31,446 nt of DNA from Opitutales bacterium (GTDB lineage: Bacteria; Verrucomicrobiota; Verrucomicrobiia; Opitutales; UBA953): NCBI GenBank assembly GCA_040398005.1, contig JBBAUX010000008.1, positions 19,155 through 50,600 on the forward strand, given 5' to 3'. This document shows positions 9,379 to 18,137 of this stretch, piece by piece (within the stretch, counting starts at the first letter, position 1; each line of letters opens with the position of its first letter). Position numbers and translations under genes: made by a program. The notes under the pieces were generated by a model that saw only the letters and a program-made list of their open reading frames with translations, was not told where the DNA came from and did no database searches.

Positions 9379-10614
9379 ATGAATAACGCCCCTAATTCGA
9401 CACCTGCGGTTTCTCCGTATCGCTGGGTGATTTTGGCACTCCTGTTTTTTGCGACCACGATTAATTATATCGACCGTCAGATTCTGGCACTATTAAAGCC
9501 GATGCTCGATAATGAGTTACATTGGACCAATGAGCAGTATGGTATGGTCAACTCTGCATTCCAGGGTGCCTACGCTTTTGGTTTACTTGGCTTTGGTTGG
9601 TTTATTGACCGTTTTGGAACGAAAATTGGTTATGGGGTTTCAATTTTGGCATGGTCAGCAGCTGCGGCTGGTCACGCTTTAGTGGGTTCAATCTCTGGCT
9701 TCTATTACGCTCGTATCGCTCTAGGTATCGGTGAGGGTGGTAATTTCCCGGCTGCGATTAAAACTACCTCCCAATGGTTTCCACGTGCCGAACGTGCGTT
9801 CGCTAACACTCTGTTTAATTCTGGTTCGAACATTGGTGCACTGATTGCTCCAGCGGTTATTCCAATCCTGGCGGTTACCTACGGCTGGAGATCCACCTTC
9901 GTCGTCGCTGGCATATTAGGGGTGGTATGGATTCTTTTCTGGATACCACTCTACAAGAAAGCACCACAACTCGCTGAAGAAGAAGTCGCTGAAGAACGCA
10001 AAATTCCCTGGGCAAGTCTGTTACGCGTGAAACAAACTTGGGCTTACATGATCGCGAAATTCTTAACGGATCCCGTATGGTGGTTCTATTTAATTTGGCT
10101 ACCTGATTACTTTAAGAAAGAGCAACACCTTGATATCAAGGCGATGGGCCTACCCTTAGTGACTCTCTATGGTATTGTTACTGTGTTAAGTATCTTTGCA
10201 GGTTGGGCGGTTAAGAAAATTGCGGAGCGCGGTTATGATATGGTTACGGTTCGCAAATTATCTCTATTGTTCTTCGCCCTCTGTTCATTGCCTATTTTCT
10301 TTGTGAGAGGATTAGGCATGTGGGAAGCGGTGTTCCTCATTGGATTTGCGGCCTCGGCTCACCAAGCTTGGTCAGCTAGCCTTTATGCTGCGGTATCCGA
10401 AACCTTCCCGCGCGACGCCGTTGCTTCGGCCAGTGGTTTAGGTGGTATGGCTGGATCCATCGGCGGGATGATTTTCCCGATTGTTGCCGGTCGCATTCTC
10501 GACGTTTCATCGAATGGTTATGCTATCCTCTTCGCCTTCTGTGCGTTCGCGTACATCGTGGCCTTTGCGATTCACCACTTCATGCTACCTCGCTTAGAGA
10601 AGGCTCAAATCTAA
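9379..10614 (+). CDS. exuT: MFS hexuronate transporter (ExuT-like)
   Basis: RWVILALLFFATTINYIDRQ, GEGGNFPAAIK, KFLTDPVWWFYLIWLP; multiple hydrophobic helices; divergent from the uronate operon. Start set at ATG 9379. Confidence 0.85.
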   Translation: MNNAPNSTPAVSPYRWVILALLFFATTINYIDRQILALLKPMLDNELHWTNEQYGMVNSAFQGAYAFGLLGFGWFIDRFGTKIGYGVSILAWSAAAAGHALVGSISGFYYARIALGIGEGGNFPAAIKTTSQWFPRAERAFANTLFNSGSNIGALIAPAVIPILAVTYGWRSTFVVAGILGVVWILFWIPLYKKAPQLAEEEVAEERKIPWASLLRVKQTWAYMIAKFLTDPVWWFYLIWLPDYFKKEQHLDIKAMGLPLVTLYGIVTVLSIFAGWAVKKIAERGYDMVTVRKLSLLFFALCSLPIFFVRGLGMWEAVFLIGFAASAHQAWSASLYAAVSETFPRDAVASASGLGGMAGSIGGMIFPIVAGRILDVSSNGYAILFAFCAFAYIVAFAIHHFMLPRLEKAQI

Positions 10615-10630
10615 CTAGTAGATTCACCCA

Positions 10631-10665
10631 ACAAAAAAGGCCTCCGAGACGGAGGCCTTTTTTGT
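10631..10665. terminator. Bidirectional intrinsic terminator between exuT and leuS
   Basis: Perfect 16-bp inverted repeat ACAAAAAAGGCCTCCG-AGA-CGGAGGCCTTTTTTGT with a U-tract on both strands. Confidence 0.92.
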
Positions 10666-10680
10666 GAGCAGCTATTGGGA

Positions 10681-13284
10681 TTATCCTGCGACGACGAAGT
10701 TCACGAGCTTACCGGGTACAATAATTTCTTTGATGATAGGTTTTCCATCAAGGAATTTTTGCACGGCAGGGTCGGCTTTCGCGAGAGCAACCAGAGCTTC
10801 TTTAGAGATATTCTTATCCACCTTAGTCGTGGCGCGGACTTTGCCATTCACTTGGAAGACGACGTCGACAGTGGATTCGACGAGTTTTGATTCATCGAAT
10901 GTGGGCCAGCCCGTTTGGGTGATACTTTCTTTATGACCGAGACGTTGCCAGATTTCTTCGCAGACGTGAGGAGCGAAGGGTGCGGCTAAGCGAGTGAAGT
11001 CTTCGACGGTCGAACGTTTCAATGACGGAGATTTTTCTGCGACATTCATCAAGATCATCATTTGAGAAATCGCGGTATTGAATTGGAGAGTTTCAATATC
11101 ATGGCTGACTTTCTTGATGGTGCGATTCAGTTCGCGGACAAGATCTTCGGTTTCATTTATGCTATCATTGATTCTGGTTGAAACATTTCCGCTGGTTTCA
11201 TCGACGGAGAGGCGCCAGAGGCGACGAAGGAAACGGGTGATACCGGAAATACCGTCGGTGTTCCAAGGTTTAGAAGCTTCGAGAGGTCCGAGGAACATCA
11301 GGTACATACGCAATGCATCTGCGCCATGTTCTTTAACGATGACGTCAGGATTTACGACATTACCACGGCTCTTGGACATTTTTTCACCGTCTTCGCCGAG
11401 AATGAGTCCTTGGTGGAATAATTTTTTAAATGGCTCGGGAGTGGAGAGCACTTTGATGTCGTAAAGGAATCGATGCCAGAACCGTGCATACAGTAAGTGG
11501 AGTACCGCGTGTTCGGCGCCGCCGATATAGAAGTCGGGGTTGCCCCAGTAATTAAGAACCTCGGCGGATGCGATTTCCTTTGTATTTTGCGGGTCGAGAT
11601 AACGCAGGTAGTACCAGCATGAACCTGCCCATTGTGGCATCGTATTAGTTTCGCGTGAGGCCTTGATCCAGAGAGGTCCAGGTTGTGGTTTGGATTGGGC
11701 GACTGTTTCTCCGTTGGAAATATTGTACCAAACCTCGGTCCATTCAGGTTCTTTGGAGAGAGGTGAATCTCCAGTGGGTGAAGGTTGGTATGATTTTACT
11801 TCCGGTAAAATAAGTGGGAGCTGTTTAGACGTCAGTGGTACTGCACAAACTTCCACTCCGTTGATTTGGCAAGTGACAGCTTCTTTCGGGAGGAACTCAC
11901 GGATTTCGGAGTCGGCCGGAATTTTTGCGTAATCGGTTTTACAAATCCAAAGAATCGGGAAAGGCTCGCCCCAGTAACGTTGGCGCGAGAACAGCCAGTC
12001 GCGCAGTTTAAAATTAACAGCAATCTTACCTTGGCCTTTATCGGTGAGGTCGGCGGTGATTTTCTTTTTCGTTTCTGTGGCGGAGAGTCCGTTGAATTGG
12101 CCTGAGTTCACCATGGGTCCGTCTTCGGTGTAGGGTTTCTCTTGAACGTCGATCGGTTCTTTCGACCCAACTACTTGAATGATGGGTAAATTAAATTCTT
12201 TGGCGAATTCCCAGTCGCGAGTGTCGTGAGCGGGGACGGCCATGATGGCGCCCGTGCCGTAACTCATGAGGACGTAGTCCGCGGTCCAGACAGGAATTTT
12301 ATTTCCGTTAACCGGATTGATGGCGTAGCTGCCAGTGAAGACGCCGGTCTTTTTCTTATCGGCGAGGTCGGTACGTTCGAGGTCGGATTTATTTCTTACA
12401 GCTGCGATATATGAATCAACGGCTGTTTTTTGTTCTGCGGTAGTTAGTTTAACGATGAGAGGATGTTCTGGGGCGACGACCATGTAGGTTGCGCCGAAAA
12501 GAGTGTCGGGTCGGGTCGTGAAAACCGTCAGGCTTTCGTTAGGAAAATCGGCTAATAAGAATTTAACTTCGGCGCCTTCAGATTTTCCAATCCAGTTTTT
12601 TTGTAAGCGCTTGGTAGAGTCGGGCCAATCGAGTGAATCGAGTCCTTCGATTAATTTATCGGCGTAGGCGGTGATGCGGAGGACCCATTGGCGGATGGGG
12701 CGGCGTTCGACCGGGTGATTACCGCGTTCGGAGCGTGGGCCTTCTTTAGTATTAAGAACTTCTTCGTTCGCGAGAACGGTACCGAGCGCGGGGCAGAACC
12801 AAACAGGTTTCTCGGAAACGTAGGCGAGGCCGTGACGGAAAAGTTTGAGGAAGATCCATTGTGTCCAACGGAAATATTTTTCATCGGTCGTGGAAAGTTC
12901 GCGATCCCAGTCGATGCCGAAGCCAATCATCTGAAGTTGGCGACGGAAGTTATCGATGTTCTTGCGAGTTTGGATCGCGGGGTGTTCGCCGGTGGCGATG
13001 GCGTGTTGCTCGGCGGGGAGTCCGAAGGCGTCCCAACCCATCGGGTGCAGGACGTTGAAGCCTGATGCTTTTTTGTAGCGTCCTAGAATATCTGAAGCCG
13101 TGTAGCCTTCCGGGTGTCCGATGTGCAAGCCTGTACCTGAGGGGTACGGGAACATATCGAGAACATAGTATTTGGGTTTTCCGCAGGTAGTGGATTCGGT
13201 TCGGAAGGTGGAATTATTTTTCCAGTAGGCCTGCCAGCGCTGCTCGAAGGCGGTAAAGTCGTAGGCTCCTTGAGAGTGTTCCAT
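10681..13284 (-). CDS. leuS: Leucine--tRNA ligase
   Basis: [21 protein letters not shown] editing domain, [33 protein letters not shown]. Start set at ATG 13284. Confidence 0.98.
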   Translation of the reverse strand: MEHSQGAYDFTAFEQRWQAYWKNNSTFRTESTTCGKPKYYVLDMFPYPSGTGLHIGHPEGYTASDILGRYKKASGFNVLHPMGWDAFGLPAEQHAIATGEHPAIQTRKNIDNFRRQLQMIGFGIDWDRELSTTDEKYFRWTQWIFLKLFRHGLAYVSEKPVWFCPALGTVLANEEVLNTKEGPRSERGNHPVERRPIRQWVLRITAYADKLIEGLDSLDWPDSTKRLQKNWIGKSEGAEVKFLLADFPNESLTVFTTRPDTLFGATYMVVAPEHPLIVKLTTAEQKTAVDSYIAAVRNKSDLERTDLADKKKTGVFTGSYAINPVNGNKIPVWTADYVLMSYGTGAIMAVPAHDTRDWEFAKEFNLPIIQVVGSKEPIDVQEKPYTEDGPMVNSGQFNGLSATETKKKITADLTDKGQGKIAVNFKLRDWLFSRQRYWGEPFPILWICKTDYAKIPADSEIREFLPKEAVTCQINGVEVCAVPLTSKQLPLILPEVKSYQPSPTGDSPLSKEPEWTEVWYNISNGETVAQSKPQPGPLWIKASRETNTMPQWAGSCWYYLRYLDPQNTKEIASAEVLNYWGNPDFYIGGAEHAVLHLLYARFWHRFLYDIKVLSTPEPFKKLFHQGLILGEDGEKMSKSRGNVVNPDVIVKEHGADALRMYLMFLGPLEASKPWNTDGISGITRFLRRLWRLSVDETSGNVSTRINDSINETEDLVRELNRTIKKVSHDIETLQFNTAISQMMILMNVAEKSPSLKRSTVEDFTRLAAPFAPHVCEEIWQRLGHKESITQTGWPTFDESKLVESTVDVVFQVNGKVRATTKVDKNISKEALVALAKADPAVQKFLDGKPIIKEIIVPGKLVNFVVAG

Positions 13285-13376
13285 GAATATGAGGAGATAG
13301 GAGAGTTGGGGCGATGGTGGCAAGGATTTGGAGAGGGAACTTGCCTAGGGTGGGGTTGAAGGGTTATTCAATCGCT

Positions 13377-14369
13377 ATGAACGTACTGGTCGTAGGTGGG
13401 GCAGGTTATATCGGTAGTCACTGTGTAAGGCAGGTGATAGCGGCTGGGCATTCGGTGGTTGTGCTCGATAATTTATCTTACGGGCACCGTGAGTCAGTTC
13501 CTGAGGGAGTGCCGTTTGTCGAAGCAGATATGGCCGATTCAGTGAAAGTTTGTGCTTCATTGAGAGACCATAAAATTGATTTAGTCATGCACTTCGCCGC
13601 CCTAATCAATGTTGGTGAATCAGTGCATCAGCCTGAACGTTATCATGAGAACAATGTTGTTCGTACTTTCGCTTTACTCGATGCGATGATTGTCGAGGGG
13701 GTTAAGAAATTTGTGTTTTCGAGCACCTGTGCAACTTTTGGTGTGCCCGAAAAAATGCCGATGAACGAAGATTTGCCACAGAAGCCGATTAATCCCTACG
13801 GAAAAAATAAATTAGAAGTAGAAATTAAACTCCGTCAGTTAGCCAAAGAAGGTAAAATCAGTTTTGCCGCTTTTCGTTATTTTAATGCAGCAGGTGCATC
13901 GGTTGACGGAAGTATTGGTGAAGATCATCAACCGGAGACACATCTGATTCCATTGGCCATTGCGGCGGCTTTGGGTCGTCGCCCAGCACTAAAAGTCTTT
14001 GGAACAGATTATCCGACGCCCGATGGCACGTGCTTACGTGATTATGTGCACGTTGATGATTTATCTTCGGCGCATATTGCGGTGTTCGACAAACTGGCAC
14101 AACCAGGATTAGCCTTTTTCTATAATCTAGGAATTGGTGTACCGTACTCTGTTGAAGACATTTTAAAAAGTGTAGAACGCGTTACGGGAAAGCCTGTGCC
14201 GCGTGAATATGTTGAGCGTCGCGAGGGTGATCCAGCAGCACTTTATGCAGATGCCACGAAGGTGCGTACTGAATTAGGTTGGAAACCCAAGTTCGATACG
14301 CTCGATGCGATTGTATCAACCGCGGTACGTTGGCATACATTACATCCCAAAGGATTTTCTAAAATTTAA
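13377..14369 (+). CDS. galE: UDP-glucose 4-epimerase
   Basis: GGAGYIGSH, HFAA, FSSTCA, YGKNK, RYFNAAGA, DGTCLRDYVHV. Start set at ATG 13377. Confidence 0.95.
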   Translation: MNVLVVGGAGYIGSHCVRQVIAAGHSVVVLDNLSYGHRESVPEGVPFVEADMADSVKVCASLRDHKIDLVMHFAALINVGESVHQPERYHENNVVRTFALLDAMIVEGVKKFVFSSTCATFGVPEKMPMNEDLPQKPINPYGKNKLEVEIKLRQLAKEGKISFAAFRYFNAAGASVDGSIGEDHQPETHLIPLAIAAALGRRPALKVFGTDYPTPDGTCLRDYVHVDDLSSAHIAVFDKLAQPGLAFFYNLGIGVPYSVEDILKSVERVTGKPVPREYVERREGDPAALYADATKVRTELGWKPKFDTLDAIVSTAVRWHTLHPKGFSKI

Positions 14370-14370
14370 T

Positions 14371-14865
14371 ATGTCCGAACACTTACATCCTTACTGGCGT
14401 ATGCAGTATATTCAAAGTCTCAAAGATCCCAAGGTAGGGAGTCCGTTTGCCAGTTTGTTAGCTGAGGCTGATGATCAGAAATCACTCATTCTTTATCGGG
14501 GTCCTACCTGTTTTGTTATTTTAAATAGTTTTCCCTATAATCCAGGACACTTAATGGTTCTACCTAATCGTGAAGTGGGGCAGTTGGCGGAACTCACTAT
14601 TGAGGAGCGTGCTGAATTGATGGACTTGTTTGTTAAATGTCAGTCCGTTCTGCAAAAGGTGATGACGCCTGCGGGTTTTAATATGGGGATTAATTTAGGA
14701 CGTGCGGCAGGTGCGGGAATTCCGACCCATTTACATTTTCACATCGTTCCCCGCTGGGATGGAGATCATAACTTCATGCCCGTGGTGGCCGATACTCGCG
14801 TTTTACCTCAGGCGCTGGATGATTTGTGGTTAAGATTGAAGCCAGTATTTGCTGAGATTAAATAA
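14371..14865 (+). CDS. HIT-domain protein (Ap4A phosphorylase/hydrolase-like)
   Basis: PYWRMQYI, LNSFPYNPGHLMV, GINLGRAAGAGI, HLHFHIVPRW.GD.NFM. Start set at ATG 14371. Confidence 0.88.
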   Translation: MSEHLHPYWRMQYIQSLKDPKVGSPFASLLAEADDQKSLILYRGPTCFVILNSFPYNPGHLMVLPNREVGQLAELTIEERAELMDLFVKCQSVLQKVMTPAGFNMGINLGRAAGAGIPTHLHFHIVPRWDGDHNFMPVVADTRVLPQALDDLWLRLKPVFAEIK

Positions 14866-15357
14866 ATGAAGTCCAAGAAAATATTGAGAGTCGTAGAAAT
14901 AGCGGTACGTCATCCGTCGATCAAAGTCGTAGACTCGAGTGTTATAAAACTCATCCAAACTTTAGATAGCGTGAAGTCCTATATCTGTCCCGCGGGAGAT
15001 ATTTCGGTAGTTTTTGTGAATGATGCAGCGATTAAAAAGATTCATAAGGATTTTATGGATGATGCGACGGTGACGGATGTGATTACTTTCGTCGGAGAAG
15101 ATCATCCGGTTGAGCCATTCGCGGGGGAGATTTGCGTTAATTTAGATCAAGCGAAACGCGTGGCTAAAGCTCATGGGCATACTTTTGAAGAAGAAGTGAG
15201 TCTTTATGTGGCGCATGGTTGGCTGCATTTGACTGGGTTGCGCGATAAGAAGTCGGCGGAGGCTAAAAAAATGCGTGCCGCCGAGAGTTTTGCCTTAGCT
15301 TTTATTGATCATCATAAAGCCTGGATTAAAGTTTCTCGCTCTCGGCGTTCGAAGTAG
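14866..15357 (+). CDS. ybeY: rRNA maturation endoribonuclease YbeY
   Basis: [23 protein letters not shown] metal motif (third His replaced by Asp). Confidence 0.85.
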   Translation: MKSKKILRVVEIAVRHPSIKVVDSSVIKLIQTLDSVKSYICPAGDISVVFVNDAAIKKIHKDFMDDATVTDVITFVGEDHPVEPFAGEICVNLDQAKRVAKAHGHTFEEEVSLYVAHGWLHLTGLRDKKSAEAKKMRAAESFALAFIDHHKAWIKVSRSRRSK

Positions 15358-15370
15358 TTTATTTCACAGC

Positions 15371-16030
15371 ATGCAAAAAACCGTCGTCATTCATTCTGGA
15401 GGAATCGATTCAACGGTTTTATTGGCGCATTTACTTTCTGAAGGAAGAGAAGTGTATGCATTAACTGTGGATTATGGTCAGCGTCACCGCAGGGAAATCG
15501 ATGCGGCGAAAAAACTCTGTGAAATTTATAAAGTAAAACATCAGGTCGCCGACTTACGTGCGCTGGCTCCGTTGTTTGGCGCTAATGCGTTAACTGATCG
15601 GGAAGTGGCGGTACCTGAGGGTCACTATGAAGAACTCTCGATGAAGGCGACGGTGGTCCCTAATCGAAATATGTTATTCATTTCGGTAGCAACGTCGTGG
15701 GCGATTTCATTGAAGGCCAAGACGGTGGCTTATGGAGCTCACAGTGGAGACCACGCCATTTATCCAGACTGTCGTCCGGCCTTTGCTGAAGCACTTGATG
15801 CGGCGATTCGATTAGCGGACTGGCATCAAGTTTCGTTGGAGCGTCCCTTTGTAAAAATGGATAAGACGGCGATAGTTCGTCGCGGTGCAGAATTAAAAGT
15901 GCCCATGGAACTTACCTGGTCCTGCTATGTGGGTGGCGACACTCATTGCGGGCGTTGTGGAACCTGTGTGGAACGGAAAGAAGCTTTCAAGTTGGCTGGC
16001 GTGCCTGATTTGACGGTCTACAAGGGTTAA
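15371..16030 (+). CDS. queC: 7-cyano-7-deazaguanine synthase
   Basis: SGGIDS, DYGQRH, VPNRN, YPDCR, TWSCY...CGRCGTC Zn site. Start set at ATG 15371. Confidence 0.97.
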   Translation: MQKTVVIHSGGIDSTVLLAHLLSEGREVYALTVDYGQRHRREIDAAKKLCEIYKVKHQVADLRALAPLFGANALTDREVAVPEGHYEELSMKATVVPNRNMLFISVATSWAISLKAKTVAYGAHSGDHAIYPDCRPAFAEALDAAIRLADWHQVSLERPFVKMDKTAIVRRGAELKVPMELTWSCYVGGDTHCGRCGTCVERKEAFKLAGVPDLTVYKG

Positions 16031-16113
16031 TCTTCTAAATTAGATACTCTGATAGAGCATTGTGTGCTGGGTTTTCGTTTGAACACTAACGGATATTAAA
16101 TCTGAATCTGATT

Positions 16114-16509
16114 GTGTTAAACACGATTAAGAGGTTCGCCGTATGGGCAGTTTTAGCTGCCTGGTTCGCGTCGTCGGGTTTAACTTGGGATTTATTACAA
16201 GTGTTTGCTTGGGTGAATATGTCGCGCACAAATGCGATTCACCTCTCGACATCTGAAGCGATTACAAAAACTTTAACTGATAAACCCTGCTCGCTCTGTA
16301 AAGTGGTTGAGAAGGGTCGAAAGACAACTGAGCAGGCCCCAGTAGGTAAGTCTGAAGTTCAAAAAGCTAAAATTAAATACGATTTTAATCAGGGTGATAG
16401 TGTTTATTTAACTTTGCCGGAGTCTTACGGTATTATTTTTCAGCGTGATCAGGGGTTTAATATCTGGCGGCTGACAGAAGAGGTTCCCGTGCCGCCACCG
16501 AAGGTATAG
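16114..16509 (+). CDS. Small exported/membrane protein with CxxC and C-terminal poly-Pro (DUF2946/CruR/CutF-like leader candidate)
   Basis: Hydrophobic N-terminus, KPCSLCK, C-terminal VPVPPPKV; GTG start 35 nt after TTGAAC; precedes an outer-membrane protein gene. Confidence 0.65.
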   Translation: MLNTIKRFAVWAVLAAWFASSGLTWDLLQVFAWVNMSRTNAIHLSTSEAITKTLTDKPCSLCKVVEKGRKTTEQAPVGKSEVQKAKIKYDFNQGDSVYLTLPESYGIIFQRDQGFNIWRLTEEVPVPPPKV

Positions 16510-16522
16510 TTTAAAAATCTCT

Positions 16523-16621
16523 TGGGCTTCGGCTCACCTGGCTTCATTTACCAATCTCACTTAATCTCAACGGATAAGTGTCTGTGTATGTAGCGAATTT
16601 GCCACACCGACTACATGCACA
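16523..16621 (+). promoter_or_regulatory. Structured intergenic RNA between the leader-like ORF and the OM protein gene
   Basis: cUUCGg hairpin 16523-16536; C-rich/G-poor tract 16535-16571; 11-bp stem 16583-16593 / 16611-16621 with no U-tract. Confidence 0.45.
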
Positions 16622-16639
16622 AAAAAACTATAAAATATT

Positions 16640-17569
16640 ATGATTATTTCTTCTTCGGCCGCTCGCTCTACGCCAGCCGCCATTCTCGGGCTCCTTGCTT
16701 TAGGAGTCTTCACCACCGCACAGGCTTGTCCGTGTGGTTGCGTTAAAGTCGCGGTCGATAATCTGTCTGAACGTCCTACCGCCCAAGCCGGCGCGTACAC
16801 GTTGGATTTACGTTACGACTACATCAACCAGGATGAACGTAATGATGGTGCGCATGCGCACTTTACGGCTGTGCATCGCAATATTCTGGCGACGATTGAA
16901 ACTCAGCTGCTCGGCCAGACTGTTTCAATTTCGGTGCCACGGATTGATCGTTCGACAGAAACCACTGCTGGCAGGGGTAAAGTTGTCGGACTGGGTGATA
17001 TCGCGATTGCGACCAGAGCGGTATGGGAAGGTTATACTGTTTCTGCAGGAATAAAATTACCTACAGGAAAAGATGACCTCGTGATGTTGGTTCCTCGTCG
17101 TTATCTGCAACCGGGTACTGGTTCAACGGATGTGCTTTTAGGAATTAGAAAAGATTTTGGTTTAGTGACTGATAATCTGACCGAATTCTTACAAGTCCAA
17201 GGACAGGCTGCTGTCATTTCTGATGAGTATTTCCGTCCTGGAACTCAGCTATCGTTAACCGCTGGCCTTCGATACAAGTTAAGTGAGTCGTTGGCGGTGT
17301 CATTACAAGGCACCTTACTTCGGCAGTATCGCGACAAGAATATTCAGGGCACAGTCGATGCAAGGTACGCGGAGGACTTAGAGAGTGCGGGCTTACAGCA
17401 GATTCTTGCTGCGGGTTTCACTTATAAGTTCAATCCGTCCTCGAGTGCGTATTTGTTCTACAGCGAGCCAGTGAAGACAACGAACTATGCAGCAAAGTCG
17501 ACCGGTGCACTGGTTAATCCAGTACATGCCACGGCGATTTGGTCGTTTGGTTTAATGCATACGTTCTAA
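16640..17569 (+). CDS. Putative outer-membrane beta-barrel (transporter/porin-like) with N-terminal CPCGC
   Basis: Signal peptide ending AQA; alternating beta-strand pattern; GLGDI..GIKLPTG..QPGTGS.D motifs resembling SphA/MetA-pathway barrels; terminal WSFGLMHTF beta-signal. Confidence 0.75.
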   Translation: MIISSSAARSTPAAILGLLALGVFTTAQACPCGCVKVAVDNLSERPTAQAGAYTLDLRYDYINQDERNDGAHAHFTAVHRNILATIETQLLGQTVSISVPRIDRSTETTAGRGKVVGLGDIAIATRAVWEGYTVSAGIKLPTGKDDLVMLVPRRYLQPGTGSTDVLLGIRKDFGLVTDNLTEFLQVQGQAAVISDEYFRPGTQLSLTAGLRYKLSESLAVSLQGTLLRQYRDKNIQGTVDARYAEDLESAGLQQILAAGFTYKFNPSSSAYLFYSEPVKTTNYAAKSTGALVNPVHATAIWSFGLMHTF

Positions 17570-17593
17570 TCTAACTCGGTTCATAGCACTTCA

Positions 17594-17630
17594 GAGGCCT
17601 GTCGTACGCAATGCGACAGGCCCCTTTTAT
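17594..17630 (+). terminator. Intrinsic terminator after the OM protein gene
   Basis: GGCCTGTCGTA-CGCAA-TGCGACAGGCC stem followed by CCTTTTAT. Confidence 0.7.
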
Positions 17631-17700
17631 GGCTATTTTTAGGGCTTTAAATAAAGTGCCTTGCGGGGTGGGAGGGGACGGCTCTAATTCGGGGAGTCAG

Positions 17701-18135
17701 ATGTTTACCTGTACTAAAGTTTACCGAGATGTTCCCTTTGCTCATCGCCAGCACCGGCACAGTGGGAATTGCTCATTCATTCACGGACACAACTGGGGAA
17801 TCGGTTTGGAGTTTGGCTGTAAGCAACTTGATGAGCGTGGCTTCGTGGTAGATTTTGGAGGTCTGGCCTATATCAAAACTTGGATTGATCAAAATCTCGA
17901 TCACGCGTGTTTGTTTTCTGCGGATGATTCTGAGCGCGACGCACTTTTAAAAAATCATCATAAACTTTTTAAAGCACTGATTGTTCCCTCGGCATCGACT
18001 GAAGGGATCGCGCAGTATTTATTTACGGTACTTGATCCCATGGTGCGTAAAGAATCGCAAGGACGGGCTTGGTTGATTGCGGTGCACTTGTATGAGGACT
18101 CCAAAAATTCTGCTCGGTATCAGCCCGATATTTAA
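17701..18135 (+). CDS. queD: 6-carboxy-5,6,7,8-tetrahydropterin synthase
   Basis: AHRQ, CSFIHGH (C-x3-HGH), VVDFG, LDH, STEGIA, EDSKNSA; GGAG SD before ATG 17701. Confidence 0.92.
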   Translation: MFTCTKVYRDVPFAHRQHRHSGNCSFIHGHNWGIGLEFGCKQLDERGFVVDFGGLAYIKTWIDQNLDHACLFSADDSERDALLKNHHKLFKALIVPSASTEGIAQYLFTVLDPMVRKESQGRAWLIAVHLYEDSKNSARYQPDI

Positions 18136-18137
18136 TC

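Noticed and set aside
13285..13376. N-terminal extensions of leuS and galE in the ORF track (likewise HIT, queC, queD, carA, ThuA)
   Set aside because: The extensions overlap each other, neighbouring genes or promoter-like sequence; family homology begins at the downstream ATG.
15358..15370. preQ1 riboswitch before queC (or before queD)
   Set aside because: Only 13 nt separate ybeY and queC, and no preQ1-like stem with A-rich tail precedes queD.
16615..16746. Out-of-frame ATG ORF starting inside the spacer hairpin
   Set aside because: Short, no SD, overlaps the barrel gene; no support for translation.
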